Under the pieces are notes generated by a model. The model was not told where the DNA came from and made no database searches. It worked only from the letters and a program-made list of their open reading frames with translations. The translations under genes and the position numbers were made by a program. Shown piece after piece: positions 31,910-40,838 of a stretch of DNA of 64,000 nt; position 1 is the first letter of the stretch; the number at the start of each line of letters is the position of its first letter. This DNA is from an uncultured delta proteobacterium (lineage in GTDB: Bacteria > Desulfobacterota > Binatia > HRBIN30 > BPIQ01), in NCBI GenBank assembly GCA_963761335.1, contig CAVXGR010000018.1:256001-320000 (forward strand), written 5' to 3'.

Positions 31910-32617
31910 TCAGGCCTCGGCGTCGTCGTAGGAGGCGACCTGCCGCAGGCGGCCGACGTCGGTGATGCGAATGCTGCGCCCCTCGATGGTGATGGCGCCG
32001 CGGTCCTTGAGCTTGCCCAGCAGGCGGATGGCCGTCTCGGTGGAGACGCCGATCATCTCGGCGATCTCGCGCCGGGTGTAGCCGAGCTGCACCCGGTCGC
32101 CGTTGACCGGCGGGCTGTCGCGGGCGGCCAGCTCGTTGAGCAGTGCCGCCAGGCGGCTCTCGGCGCCCTTGAGGGCGAGGTCGCGCACCTTGCGCCGCGC
32201 CGTCACCAGCTCGCGGCTGAGAGCGGCGATCAGGCGCATGCCGGTGCGCGGGAAGCGGTCGATGAACGGCATCAGCCGTTCGCTCGGCATGAAGCAGATC
32301 TGCGATTCCGATACGGCTTCCGCCGACACCGAGTGCGACTCGTGCTCGTCGATCGAAAGCTCGCCGAGGAGGGCGCCGGGACCGGCAATCTCCAGGATGT
32401 GGTCGCGGCCGAAGCGGTCCGAATAGTACATCTTCACGGCCCCGGCGCAGACGATATACAGGCCGTTGGACGGCCCGCCCTCGGAGAAGATGATCTGGCG
32501 CGGCTTGTAGATCGCCGTGGTCGAGAGGGCGCCAAAATCCTCGAGGGCCTCGACCGGCAGATCACAGGCGATGCTGTGCCCGCGGATTGCACACGACGCA
32601 CATCGGATCTTTCTCAT
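31910..32617 (-). CDS. Crp/Fnr family regulator with an N-terminal Cys cluster
   Basis: CASCAIRGHSIAC, cNMP-like domain, HTH TRREIAEMIGVSTETAIRLL. Confidence 0.9.
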   Translation of the reverse strand: MRKIRCASCAIRGHSIACDLPVEALEDFGALSTTAIYKPRQIIFSEGGPSNGLYIVCAGAVKMYYSDRFGRDHILEIAGPGALLGELSIDEHESHSVSAEAVSESQICFMPSERLMPFIDRFPRTGMRLIAALSRELVTARRKVRDLALKGAESRLAALLNELAARDSPPVNGDRVQLGYTRREIAEMIGVSTETAIRLLGKLKDRGAITIEGRSIRITDVGRLRQVASYDDAEA

Positions 32618-32943
32618 CCCGTTCCGCTGGCCGCTGAGTGAAGCCGGCTGCGTATCATCTAGAACAGCCGCAGCCATCGTGCAAACTCAGCGGCCAGCGC
32701 GGGCGGGACCAGAGCGGAACTGGGGGCTGCGTTCGCGGCTCGGACATCCGCGGCACAACCGAGATGATGATTGAGAGGAAGGGTATTCCGGCGCATTGCG
32801 GGGGGTCCGGAATTCCCTGAGAGTGTGCGATGAGAGAGGGGGTTGTTGCTGGAGTGCCCGAGAGACGGTCCCGCCCGCCCGCGTAATCGTGTATGGATCC
32901 TTCCATGTGGCGCTGTGGATAGCGCCGCCCTTTGCGGGACGCC

Positions 32944-32957
32944 ATGACCGATGTCAT
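32944..32957. promoter_or_regulatory. Fnr-like box ATGAC-N4-GTCAT
   Basis: ATGACCGATGTCAT, with perfect arms. Confidence 0.6.
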
Positions 32958-33016
32958 CATTCGAGCTGACCAATTGTGCCCGCGTGCGCCCCGAATGCGT
33001 TTTGGCATCGCCATGC

Positions 33017-33030
33017 ATGACAAAGGTCAT
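33017..33030. promoter_or_regulatory. Fnr-like box at a class II (-41.5) position
   Basis: ATGACAAAGGTCAT, centred 29.5 bp before a -10-like TACCTT at 33053. Confidence 0.65.
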
Positions 33031-33083
33031 CCCCTGCGGCCTCCGGCGGCGCTACCTTCACCCGCAGAGTAGGGAGGTTTGCG

Positions 33084-33368
33084 ATGAACAACCCCATTGC
33101 CGTAATCATGCCGATCGTGTTGCTGGGGATTTTCTACGTCATCGTCCCGGTGGCCGCCGACGCCTATCGCCGCTTCCGGCGGCCGCGCATGGTCGTCTGC
33201 CCGCAGAACGGCTTCTCCGCCACCGTCCAGCTGGACGCGGCGCGGGCTGTGACCACCTCGGTGGACGGCGACCCGGTAGTGGAGATCCGCTCCTGCTCGC
33301 GCTGGCCGGAGATCGGCAGCTGTCGGCGTACCTGCCTGGGACAGATCGACCCGCTCGGCGCCGCGTAG
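33084..33368 (+). CDS. Small membrane-anchored 4-Cys protein of unknown function
   Basis: GGGAGG RBS; N-terminal TM helix; CP...CSRWPE-x3-C-x3-C. Confidence 0.75.
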   Translation: MNNPIAVIMPIVLLGIFYVIVPVAADAYRRFRRPRMVVCPQNGFSATVQLDAARAVTTSVDGDPVVEIRSCSRWPEIGSCRRTCLGQIDPLGAA

Positions 33369-33379
33369 TCCGGCCCTCC

Positions 33380-33664
33380 TCAGACCTCGTCCCAGTACGG
33401 CTCCGGGCCGAGGCTGGAACGAACCAGAATGCCGTGCGTGGCGGCCCAGGCCGCGTCGATGCCGCACATGCATGCCTGTGCGCAGCCGGCATGCTCCGGC
33501 CAGCGGCTGCACTGCAGGACGCCGACCTCCGCGTCCGGGGAGCGGCTGGTGTCGAACTCGATCTCGACCTCGGCCTGGCCGCGGGTCTCGGGGCAGATCG
33601 CCACACGGGGACCCGTCTGTTGGCCGTTTGCCAGTACATCGGTGCGAAACCATGTGCGGATCAT
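33380..33664 (-). CDS. Small soluble 4-Cys protein, paralog of 33084-33368
   Basis: GGGAGG RBS; CPET...CSRWPE-x3-C-x3-C. Confidence 0.7.
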   Translation of the reverse strand: MIRTWFRTDVLANGQQTGPRVAICPETRGQAEVEIEFDTSRSPDAEVGVLQCSRWPEHAGCAQACMCGIDAAWAATHGILVRSSLGPEPYWDEV

Positions 33665-33736
33665 CGTTCCGTCCTCCCTTTCTGTGCACGCCTAGTCCGG
33701 GTGAGCCCTCCATAGTGCCGAAGCGTCCTGGGGAAA

Positions 33737-33750
33737 ATGACATATGTCGC
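33737..33750. promoter_or_regulatory. Imperfect Fnr-like box
   Basis: ATGACATATGTCGC, between the divergent 4-Cys gene and aor. Confidence 0.4.
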
Positions 33751-33826
33751 CATCCGGCATGACGAACCCCACCGTTTGCACTGCCTCGACGTCGTGATAA
33801 CACCTAGGGGGAGACGGAGGTCGAAT

Positions 33827-35530
33827 ATGGACAAGATACTGCGCGTGAACATGACGGACCTCTCCGTGAAGGAGGAGGATTTCCCGGAGGACTGGACCTA
33901 TATCGGCGGCCGGGGGCTGTCGGCGAAGATTCTGCTCAAGGAGGTCGATCCCAAGTGCGATCCCCTGGGTCCCGGCAACAAGGTGATCTTTGCGCCCGGG
34001 GTATTGTCGGGATCGATTGCGCCGACCTCCGGGCGAATGAGCGTCGGCGCCAAGAGCCCGCTCACCGGCGGCATCAAGGAGGCGAACTCGGGCGGTCAGG
34101 CGGGTCAGAAGCTGATGCGCTGCGGCTATCGGGTCCTCATCGTCGAAGGCAAGGCGGCGGACCCCGAGAAGCGCTACCTCCTCTCCGTCAACAAGGATGG
34201 TGCCGAGCTGCGCGAATGCCCCGAGCTGAAGGGCCTGCGCACCTACGCGGCCTCGGAGAAGCTCTCCGAGCAGTTCTCCGGGCGCGCGGCCTTCGTGCTC
34301 TGCGGCCCGGCGGGGGAGAAGGGCTTCTCCGGCGCCAGCGTCGCCTTCACCGATGAGGGCAAGCGCCACCCGTCGCGCCATGCGGCGCGCGGCGGTCTGG
34401 GCGCCGCCATGGGCAGCAAGGGTCTCAAGGCGATCGCCGTCGACGACGACGGCACCAAGGCGCGCCTGGCCAAGGACATGGGAGCCTTCAAGGAGCACGT
34501 CTCCAAGATGAGCAAGGAGTACAAGGCCGGCGCGCAGCTCTTCCAGTTCGGCACCTCCACTACCGTGCCGCTGGCCAACATGATGAGCACCTTCCCGACG
34601 CGCAATCGCCACGAGATGCAGTTCGAGCACGCCGACGCCCTCGACGGCGCCAAGATCGTGCAGAACTTCGCCACCCGCGGTGGCGGCATGCACCACTGCA
34701 TGACCGGCTGCATCGTCCAGTGCTCCAACATCGTCAACGACGCCAACGGCAACTACGTGACCTCGGCGCTGGAGTTCGAGACCCTCGCCCTGTGCGGCTC
34801 CAACTGCGCCATCGGCGACCTGGACAAGGTGGCGCAGCTCGATCGTCTCTGCGACGAGCTCGGCCTCGACACCATCGAGACCGGCGGCGCCATCGGCTTG
34901 GCGATGGACTGCGGCGCGCTCGCCTTCGGCGACGGCGATGCCGCCATTGCCCTGCTCGACAAGGTCGACAAGGGCGACGCGCTGGCCGAGACCATCGCCC
35001 GCGGCGTGGTCGCCGTCGGCAAGCGCTTCAACGCCGAGCGCATTCCGGCGATCCGCGGCCAGGGAATCCCCGCCTGGGAGCCGCGCACACTCAACGCCAC
35101 CGGGGTGACCTACGCCACCAGCGCCATGGGCGCCGACCATACCGCCGGGCTGATCGTCATGCCGGTCGCCGATCCGGCCAAGGCCTCGCAGGAGGCGCAG
35201 CTGATCAACGCTCTCTGCGATTCGAGCGGCTTCTGCCAGTTCCAGCAGCCCACCATCGAGGACATCCGCGTCCTCTACAACCTCATGTACGGCGGCGATC
35301 TCAGCTTCGAGGATGCCGCCGACCTCGGCTGGCAATGCATGCAGGACGAATGGGCGTTCAACCGCGGCGCCGGATTCGGCCCCAAAGACAACGACCTGCC
35401 CGCCTGGATGCGCAGCGAGGCCATCCCCTCCAATGGCGCCACCTTCGCCGTCGCCCACGAGGACATCATGCGCGTCTTCGAGCGCATGCCGATCTCCGAC
35501 GATCTGCGCCAGATGAAGGCGGTGGGATAG
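33827..35530 (+). CDS. aor: Aldehyde:ferredoxin oxidoreductase family (W/Mo-bis-pterin)
   Basis: ILRVNMT, GGRGL, KSPLTGGIKEANSGG, GPAGE, RGGLGAAMGSKGLKAI, CMTGCIVQC, CDELGLDTI, GADHT. Confidence 0.93.
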   Translation: MDKILRVNMTDLSVKEEDFPEDWTYIGGRGLSAKILLKEVDPKCDPLGPGNKVIFAPGVLSGSIAPTSGRMSVGAKSPLTGGIKEANSGGQAGQKLMRCGYRVLIVEGKAADPEKRYLLSVNKDGAELRECPELKGLRTYAASEKLSEQFSGRAAFVLCGPAGEKGFSGASVAFTDEGKRHPSRHAARGGLGAAMGSKGLKAIAVDDDGTKARLAKDMGAFKEHVSKMSKEYKAGAQLFQFGTSTTVPLANMMSTFPTRNRHEMQFEHADALDGAKIVQNFATRGGGMHHCMTGCIVQCSNIVNDANGNYVTSALEFETLALCGSNCAIGDLDKVAQLDRLCDELGLDTIETGGAIGLAMDCGALAFGDGDAAIALLDKVDKGDALAETIARGVVAVGKRFNAERIPAIRGQGIPAWEPRTLNATGVTYATSAMGADHTAGLIVMPVADPAKASQEAQLINALCDSSGFCQFQQPTIEDIRVLYNLMYGGDLSFEDAADLGWQCMQDEWAFNRGAGFGPKDNDLPAWMRSEAIPSNGATFAVAHEDIMRVFERMPISDDLRQMKAVG

Positions 35531-35537
35531 AAGAGAG

Positions 35538-35745
35538 TTTCTCGGTTTCTCGGTGGCTCGGTTTCCCGGTGGCTCGGGTTGTCGGGTTACCGGGTTTGCG
35601 GGTTCTTGGGTGCTCGGCTCGAGGGGCCGGCCCCATGAGCCCCTTCCGGGCTATGAGACCGACCCCCCGGGAAACAACCCACCAACCCGATCACCGAGAA
35701 ACCGAGCCACCGAGTAACTGAGCCACCGAGTAACCGAGCCACCGC
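35538..35745. repeat. 8-nt-unit palindrome (family A), longest copy
   Basis: TTTCTCGG/TGGCTCGG/TTGTCGGG units mirrored by ACCGAGCC/ACCGAGTA units. Confidence 0.8.
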
Positions 35746-35831
35746 TCCCCCAGCCACCGCTCCCCCGCCTAGACCCCTCCCCCGCCTTTGTGGTACCTAG
35801 AACCACCCCCGATCTCTCCCTGGAGGAAGCA

Positions 35832-36581
35832 ATGTCCGGTCACTCGAAGTGGAGCACCATCAAGCACAAGAAGGGCGCCAAGGACGCCAAGCGCGGCAAG
35901 CTGTTCACCAAGCTGATCAAGGAGATCACCGTGGCGGCTCGCATGGGTGGCGGCGACATCAACTCCAACCCGCGGCTGCGCACGGCGGTGATCACGGCGC
36001 GCCAGAACAGCATGCCCGGGGAGAACATCGACCGCGCCATCAAGAAGGGCACCGGCGAGCTGGAGGGGCAGTCCTACGAGGAGATCACCTACGAGGGCTA
36101 CGGGCCCGGGGGCGTCGCCGTCATGGTCCCGTGCGTGACCGACAACCGCAATCGCACCGTCGCCGAGATCCGCAAGATCTTCGAGAAGCACGGCGGCAGC
36201 CTCGGTGCCTCCGGCTGCGTCGCCTGGATGTTCAACAAGAAGGGAACCATCAGCGTCGAGCGCAGCGCCGTCGATGAGGACCGCCTGATGGAGATCGCTC
36301 TCGAGGCGGGCGCCAGCGACATCAACACCGGCGAGGACGTGTACGAGATCACCACCGCGCCGGAGGACTTCGAGGCGGTGAAGGAGGCGCTCGAGAAGAG
36401 CCAGATCCCGGCGTCGAGTGCCGAGGTGGGTCTGCAGCCGGAGTCCACCGTCAACGTCACCGGGCGCGAGGCCGAGCAGACCCTCAAGCTGGTCGAAGCT
36501 CTCGACGATCACGACGACGTGCAGAGCGTCGCCGCCAACTTCGACATCGCTCAGGAAGAGCTGGAGCAGCTGAGCGCTTGA
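35832..36581 (+). CDS. yebC: YebC/PmpR family protein
   Basis: [36 protein letters not shown]. Confidence 0.96.
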   Translation: MSGHSKWSTIKHKKGAKDAKRGKLFTKLIKEITVAARMGGGDINSNPRLRTAVITARQNSMPGENIDRAIKKGTGELEGQSYEEITYEGYGPGGVAVMVPCVTDNRNRTVAEIRKIFEKHGGSLGASGCVAWMFNKKGTISVERSAVDEDRLMEIALEAGASDINTGEDVYEITTAPEDFEAVKEALEKSQIPASSAEVGLQPESTVNVTGREAEQTLKLVEALDDHDDVQSVAANFDIAQEELEQLSA

Positions 36582-36627
36582 GCCGCGCCGCCACCAGCAG
36601 AGGCGCCTGCTAGGCTGCGCGACCGCC

Positions 36628-37188
36628 ATGCGCATCCTGGGGGTGGATCCCGGTACGGTGGCGACCGGGTGGGGAGTGGTGGAGGATGGCGGGCGAAATC
36701 CCCGCTGCGTGGACAGCGGTGTCATCCGTGCCCGCGGCGAGCTGCCGGTGCGCCTGGCGATCATCCACGCCGGTCTCGAGCGGGTCATCGCCGAGCACGC
36801 CCCCGCGGCTCTCAGCATCGAGAAGGCCTTCGTCTCGGAGAACGTGCAGAGCGCCTTTCGCCTGGGAGAGGCGCGCGGGGTGGTGCTCCTGGTGGCCGCC
36901 CAGGCGAAGATGGCGGTCTTCGAGTACGCCCCCGCAGAGGTGAAGATGGCGGTGGTCGGCTACGGTCGCGCCCTCAAGGAGCAGGTGCAGATGATGATCG
37001 CGCAGCTCCTCGATCTCGGACACGCGCCCGCCGCCGACGAGGCCGATGCGCTGGCGGCGGCCCTCTGCCATCTCAACTCGCGGCGCCTGCGCGCCCAGCT
37101 CGGCGCCGTCATTCCACGGCGCCGTCGACCGCTGCGGCCGGCGGCGGCACCCGTGGCCGTGCGTGTCGTCCGCCGCGGGCGAGAATGA
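36628..37188 (+). CDS. ruvC: Holliday junction resolvase
   Basis: ILGVDPG, LGEARG, DEADALAAALCH. Confidence 0.95.
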   Translation: MRILGVDPGTVATGWGVVEDGGRNPRCVDSGVIRARGELPVRLAIIHAGLERVIAEHAPAALSIEKAFVSENVQSAFRLGEARGVVLLVAAQAKMAVFEYAPAEVKMAVVGYGRALKEQVQMMIAQLLDLGHAPAADEADALAAALCHLNSRRLRAQLGAVIPRRRRPLRPAAAPVAVRVVRRGRE

Positions 37189-37775
37189 TCGGTATGCTGC
37201 GGGGGACTCTGGCACTCAAGTCGCCGGAGTCACTTCTGGTCGACGTCAACGGCGTCGGCTATCAGGTGCTGGTCTCCCTCAACTCCTTCTATCGCCTGCC
37301 CGAGCTCGGCCAGTCGGTGCGCCTGGTGATCCACACCCACGTGCGCGAGGATGCGCTGCAGCTCTTCGGCTTTCTCGATCCCGGCGAGCGCGACCTGTTT
37401 CTGCTTCTCCTCGGCGTCGCCGGCATCGGGCCGAAGCTGGCTCTCGGCATCCTCTCCGGCTTGCCTGCGGACGACCTGCAGGAAGCGCTGGACGCAGGCG
37501 ACCTGCCGAGGCTAGTATCCATCCCCGGGGTTGGGAAGAAGACGGCGGAGCGGCTGGTGCTGGAGCTGCGGGACAAGGTCAGGGTGCTGAAGGCGCGGGG
37601 CGGCGCCGCGGCGCGGACGGCGAGCGGGCCGGCCGACGAGGCGGTCTCGGCGCTCGTCAACCTCGGCTACCGGCGCCCGGATGCCGAGCGCGCCGTCAAG
37701 TCGGCGCAGTCCGCCGGCGCCGGAATTCTGGAGGACGTGATCCGCGATGCCCTCAAGCGGCTGAGCGGCGCGTGA
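37185..37775 (+). CDS. ruvA: Holliday junction branch migration protein RuvA
   Basis: [43 protein letters not shown]. Confidence 0.96.
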   Translation: MIGMLRGTLALKSPESLLVDVNGVGYQVLVSLNSFYRLPELGQSVRLVIHTHVREDALQLFGFLDPGERDLFLLLLGVAGIGPKLALGILSGLPADDLQEALDAGDLPRLVSIPGVGKKTAERLVLELRDKVRVLKARGGAAARTASGPADEAVSALVNLGYRRPDAERAVKSAQSAGAGILEDVIRDALKRLSGA

Positions 37776-37785
37776 GGTGAGGGCG

Positions 37786-38826
37786 ATGGCGGCGGTGGAC
37801 GAGACGCGGACGATTACGGCTGAAGCGGGGGAAGACGACCTCTCCTACGACACCACCCTGCGGCCGCCGACGCTGGAGGACTACATCGGCCAGGAGGCGG
37901 TGAAGGCCAACCTGCGGGTGACGATCGACGCCGCCAAGGGGCGCGGCGAGTGCATCGACCACCTGCTGCTGTACGGACCGCCCGGGCTCGGCAAGACCTC
38001 GCTGGCCCACATCATCGCCCGCGAGATGGGGGTGAACGTACGCTCGACCTCCGGCCCGGTGATCGAGCGCCCCGGCGACCTGGCGGCGATCCTCACCAAC
38101 CTGGAGCTCGGCGACGTCCTCTTCATCGACGAGATCCACCGCCTGAGCCGCATCGTCGAGGAGATCCTCTACCCCGCCATGGAGGACTTTCAGATCGACC
38201 TGATGATCGGCCAGGGCCCCTCGGCGCGCTCCATCAAGCTCGATCTCAAGCGTTACACGCTGATCGGCGCCACCACCCGCGCCGGGCTGCTCACCTCGCC
38301 GCTGCGCGACCGCTTCGGCGTCAGCTTCCGCCTGGATTTCTACAACCCCGAGGAGCTCGCTCGTATCGTGCACCGTTCGGCGCGTATCCTCGACGTCACC
38401 GTCGACGATGCCGGCGCCGTCGAGATCGCCCGCCGCTCGCGCGGCACGCCGCGAATCGCCAACCGCCTGCTGCGCCGCGTGCGCGACTACGCCCAGGTGC
38501 GCGCCGACGGCCACATCGATGCCGCGGTCGCCGACCGGGCGCTGCGCCTCCTCGAGGTCGATCAGTGCGGCTTCGACAAGATGGACCGCGCCATCCTGCT
38601 CACCATCATCGACAAGTTCGGCGGCGGCCCGGTCGGCGTCGAGACCCTCGCCGCCGCCATCGGCGAGGAGCGCGACACCATCGAGGACGTCTACGAGCCC
38701 TTCCTCATCCAGGAGGGCTTCCTCAACCGCACCCCCAAGGGCCGCATGGCCACGGCTCTCGCCTACCAGCACTTCGGCCGCAAGATGGGGCGATCCTCGC
38801 CCCAGGGCCGGCTGTTCGAGGCGTGA
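37786..38826 (+). CDS. ruvB: Holliday junction branch migration helicase RuvB
   Basis: [42 protein letters not shown]. Confidence 0.97.
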   Translation: MAAVDETRTITAEAGEDDLSYDTTLRPPTLEDYIGQEAVKANLRVTIDAAKGRGECIDHLLLYGPPGLGKTSLAHIIAREMGVNVRSTSGPVIERPGDLAAILTNLELGDVLFIDEIHRLSRIVEEILYPAMEDFQIDLMIGQGPSARSIKLDLKRYTLIGATTRAGLLTSPLRDRFGVSFRLDFYNPEELARIVHRSARILDVTVDDAGAVEIARRSRGTPRIANRLLRRVRDYAQVRADGHIDAAVADRALRLLEVDQCGFDKMDRAILLTIIDKFGGGPVGVETLAAAIGEERDTIEDVYEPFLIQEGFLNRTPKGRMATALAYQHFGRKMGRSSPQGRLFEA

Positions 38827-38843
38827 ACGGTAGGGCTGCGGCT

Positions 38844-38920
38844 GGGGACTGGCTCCTTTTCGGCGGCGAACGTCGAATCCTCCAGCGAGCCATTCGCGCG
38901 CCGAAAAGGTGCCTGTCCCC
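38844..38920. repeat. GGGGAC(T/A)GG REP-like palindrome (family B variant)
   Basis: GGGGACTGGCTCCTTTTCGGCG...CGCCGAAAAGGTGCCTGTCCCC. Confidence 0.8.
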
Positions 38921-38982
38921 GCCCGCCTGGGAGCGCGCGGCCAGCCGGGCCGCCTCTGCTCTTTGACGGGAGGGCAGGGCGG

Positions 38983-39246
38983 ATGCGTGCACGGAACGCT
39001 CTCAGCCGGTTGCCCCCGGTCTTGCCGAAGGCCATTCATTCCGCAGCGCGGAAGGCAGGACTTACGAGGCCCGTCGGCCCGCACACCTTGCGTCACTGCT
39101 TTGCAACTGATCTGCTCGTCGCGGGGTACGACCTTCGAACGGTCCAGGAGCTCCTCGGCCATAAGGAGGTGACAACGACGATGATCTACACGCACGTATT
39201 GAAGCGAGGAGGGCGCGGCGTGGTCAGTCCCGCAGATCGCCCGTGA
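38983..39246 (+). pseudogene. intI: Integron integrase C-terminal fragment
   Basis: [50 protein letters not shown] is an IntI-type C-terminus; the N-terminal majority is absent. Confidence 0.85.
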
Positions 39247-39267
39247 CCGGCGGCCTTCGAGTTAATT

Positions 39268-39297
39268 TGTTGACCCGCCAAGCTTGGCGGGTCAACA
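39268..39297. repeat. Perfect 30-bp palindrome
   Basis: TGTTGACCCGCCAAGCTTGGCGGGTCAACA; half-site repeated at 39379. Confidence 0.9.
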
Positions 39298-39423
39298 CGG
39301 TCGGCTCGTGTCGAAGGGACGGCCTGGAGCTCGCTGATTCGCGCGGAGTTCTGGGGCATATGGGCATCGGCGCGCCGATGTTGACCCGCGAGTCTTAGCG
39401 GGGGGCGCGGCATCATTTGATAG

Positions 39424-39442
39424 GCCTAATTCAAAGTTCGGC
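39424..39442 (+). other. Putative attI core site
   Basis: GCCTAAT-TCAAA-GTTCGGC resembles the attI1 core (CCCTAAAACAAAGTTRRRY). GTTCGGC is the complement of the first cassette's R'' GCCGAAC. Confidence 0.7.
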
Positions 39443-39479
39443 GATGGCAGAGAAGGGCCGGTTCTCGTAGTCTCCCGGA

Positions 39480-39764
39480 GTGGCCTACGAATTCGAGTGG
39501 GATCCCATCAAGGCGGCAACCAATCTGCGAGACCACGACGTCTCCTTCGAGGAGGCCTGCAGCGTGTTCGCAGATCCACTCGCGATGTTGATGGCTGACC
39601 CCGACCACTCCATTGATGAGGAGCGGTACCTGTTGTTGGGAGAGTCCTCCGAGCGTAAGCTCCTCGTTATCGCGTTCGCTGAGCGACCGCCGCGAACCCG
39701 ACTGATCAGCGCCAGAGAGGCGACGCGCCATGAGCGGAGACAGTATGAAGAAAGCAAGAGCTAG
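39480..39764 (+). CDS. BrnT family toxin (cassette 1)
   Basis: FEWDPIKA..N...H.VSFEEA..VF.D, DPDHS..EERY, RLISAR.AT..ERRQYE. Confidence 0.92.
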   Translation: MAYEFEWDPIKAATNLRDHDVSFEEACSVFADPLAMLMADPDHSIDEERYLLLGESSERKLLVIAFAERPPRTRLISAREATRHERRQYEESKS

Positions 39765-40020
39765 CAAATCCCACTTCGAGGATCGTGATACCCTCCGCCC
39801 GGAGTACGACTTCACGGGGGCCGTCCGCGGCGTTACGGCCCCGCGGTACGCTCAGGGTACAAACATCGTGGTCGTTGATCCCGAGGTGCGGGACGTTTTT
39901 CCTGACAGCACCACGGTCAACGATGCGCTGCGTGCGCTGGCGCCGTTGCTCCGTGAGAAGCGCGGCGCCCAAGGCCGAACAAGCCGTTCCAGGCGACGGC
40001 CGAAGGCGGGCCGCGCCTGA
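39745..40020 (+). CDS. Cognate antitoxin (BrnA-like)
   Basis: LRPEYDF.GAVRG, VDPEVRDVFPDSTTVNDALR; overlaps the toxin gene. Confidence 0.85.
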   Translation: MKKARASKSHFEDRDTLRPEYDFTGAVRGVTAPRYAQGTNIVVVDPEVRDVFPDSTTVNDALRALAPLLREKRGAQGRTSRSRRRPKAGRA

Positions 40021-40037
40021 ACGGCATCGCGTTCGGC
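39974..40037 (+). other. attC site 1
   Basis: GCCGAAC-AAGCC-GTTCCAG...CTGAAC-GGCATCGC-GTTCGGC, with the extrahelical base in L''. Confidence 0.88.
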
Positions 40038-40044
40038 TCTCCAG

Positions 40045-40449
40045 TCAGCGCGCCTTCCAGATGGTCGCTACTCGACTCTTTCGGATGACGCGGTCATAGG
40101 TAGCGAGAGGAATGCGGTGGGCGCGAGCGGTTGCGACAATCAGGCGATCCGCGGGATCTCCATGGAAGGAAGGAGGCAGCCCGTTGAGGGCGATGACGAC
40201 CTCGACGTCGAGTGGGGCGACCTCGACGACAGCGGCCGCGGCTGCCTCTCGTATCCAGACTTCGAACGGCCGGTCCAAGACAAGCCGTCCTTTTGCGTAC
40301 AGCATCTGCGCCTCCCAGAGGCTGACGGCCGCCAAACGGAGCTCGGCCCGCGACGCCAGTCGGTCGAGCGCGCTCCGCTCGCGGTGCGCAAGCCGATCGG
40401 AGCCGAGCAGCCACCACAGCCAAACGTGCGTGTCCAGCAGGATTTTCAC
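40045..40449 (-). CDS. vapC: VapC/PIN toxin (cassette 2, inverted)
   Basis: ILLDTHVWLW, SLWE, HGDPADRLIVATA, LATYD. Confidence 0.92.
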   Translation of the reverse strand: MKILLDTHVWLWWLLGSDRLAHRERSALDRLASRAELRLAAVSLWEAQMLYAKGRLVLDRPFEVWIREAAAAAVVEVAPLDVEVVIALNGLPPSFHGDPADRLIVATARAHRIPLATYDRVIRKSRVATIWKAR

Positions 40450-40685
40450 CGAGACGCCCGGAACTCGGCTTCGTCAATCACGGATGTTTCCGGTTCGGCG
40501 TTCAGTTCGCCGGAACCGCGGAGAACCTCCCATGCTTTTGGAGCAGCCGCGCCCGGTTTCGGCGCTGGCGTGAGCCGGGCGACAACCTTGCCACGTCGCT
40601 TGATGTCCACGACCTCACCTCCGCCTTCCGCACGCCGGATCAGCTCAAGACAGCGCGCACGGAACTGCGTCACTGAAATGTCCAT
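40446..40685 (-). CDS. Phd/YefM family antitoxin
   Basis: ISVTQFRARCLELI...IKRRGKVVARL; overlaps vapC. Confidence 0.88.
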   Translation of the reverse strand: MDISVTQFRARCLELIRRAEGGGEVVDIKRRGKVVARLTPAPKPGAAAPKAWEVLRGSGELNAEPETSVIDEAEFRASR

Positions 40686-40739
40686 GTGGAACTTCTATAT
40701 GGCCATTTTCGGGCGCGCAAGAGGAGGCTCGGTGGAGTG

Positions 40740-40829
40740 GCCGAACAAGCGCTTCGAGCCGTCCGGCGTGAGCGTGGGCGCTCTTCGCCGGCGTCGGTGC
40801 GCTGGCGGCTCACGGGCAACTCGTTCGGA
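40740..40829 (+). other. attC site 2
   Basis: GCCGAAC-AAGCG-CTTCGAGCCG...CGGCTCACGGG-CAACTC-GTTCGGA. Confidence 0.78.
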
Positions 40830-40838
40830 CGAGATCTG

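Noticed and set aside
32618..32940. ncRNA, riboswitch or small ORF upstream of the Crp/Fnr gene
   Set aside because: No recognisable conserved structure, and no ORF with RBS support by eye; an Rfam search would be needed.
33002..33017. Sigma54 promoter TTGGCATCGCCATGCA
   Set aside because: GG-to-GC spacing is 9, not the required 10.
38983..39246. Functional integrase, or XerC/D prophage integrase
   Set aside because: Only about 80 C-terminal residues are present, the tail is IntI-type, and no phage genes are nearby.
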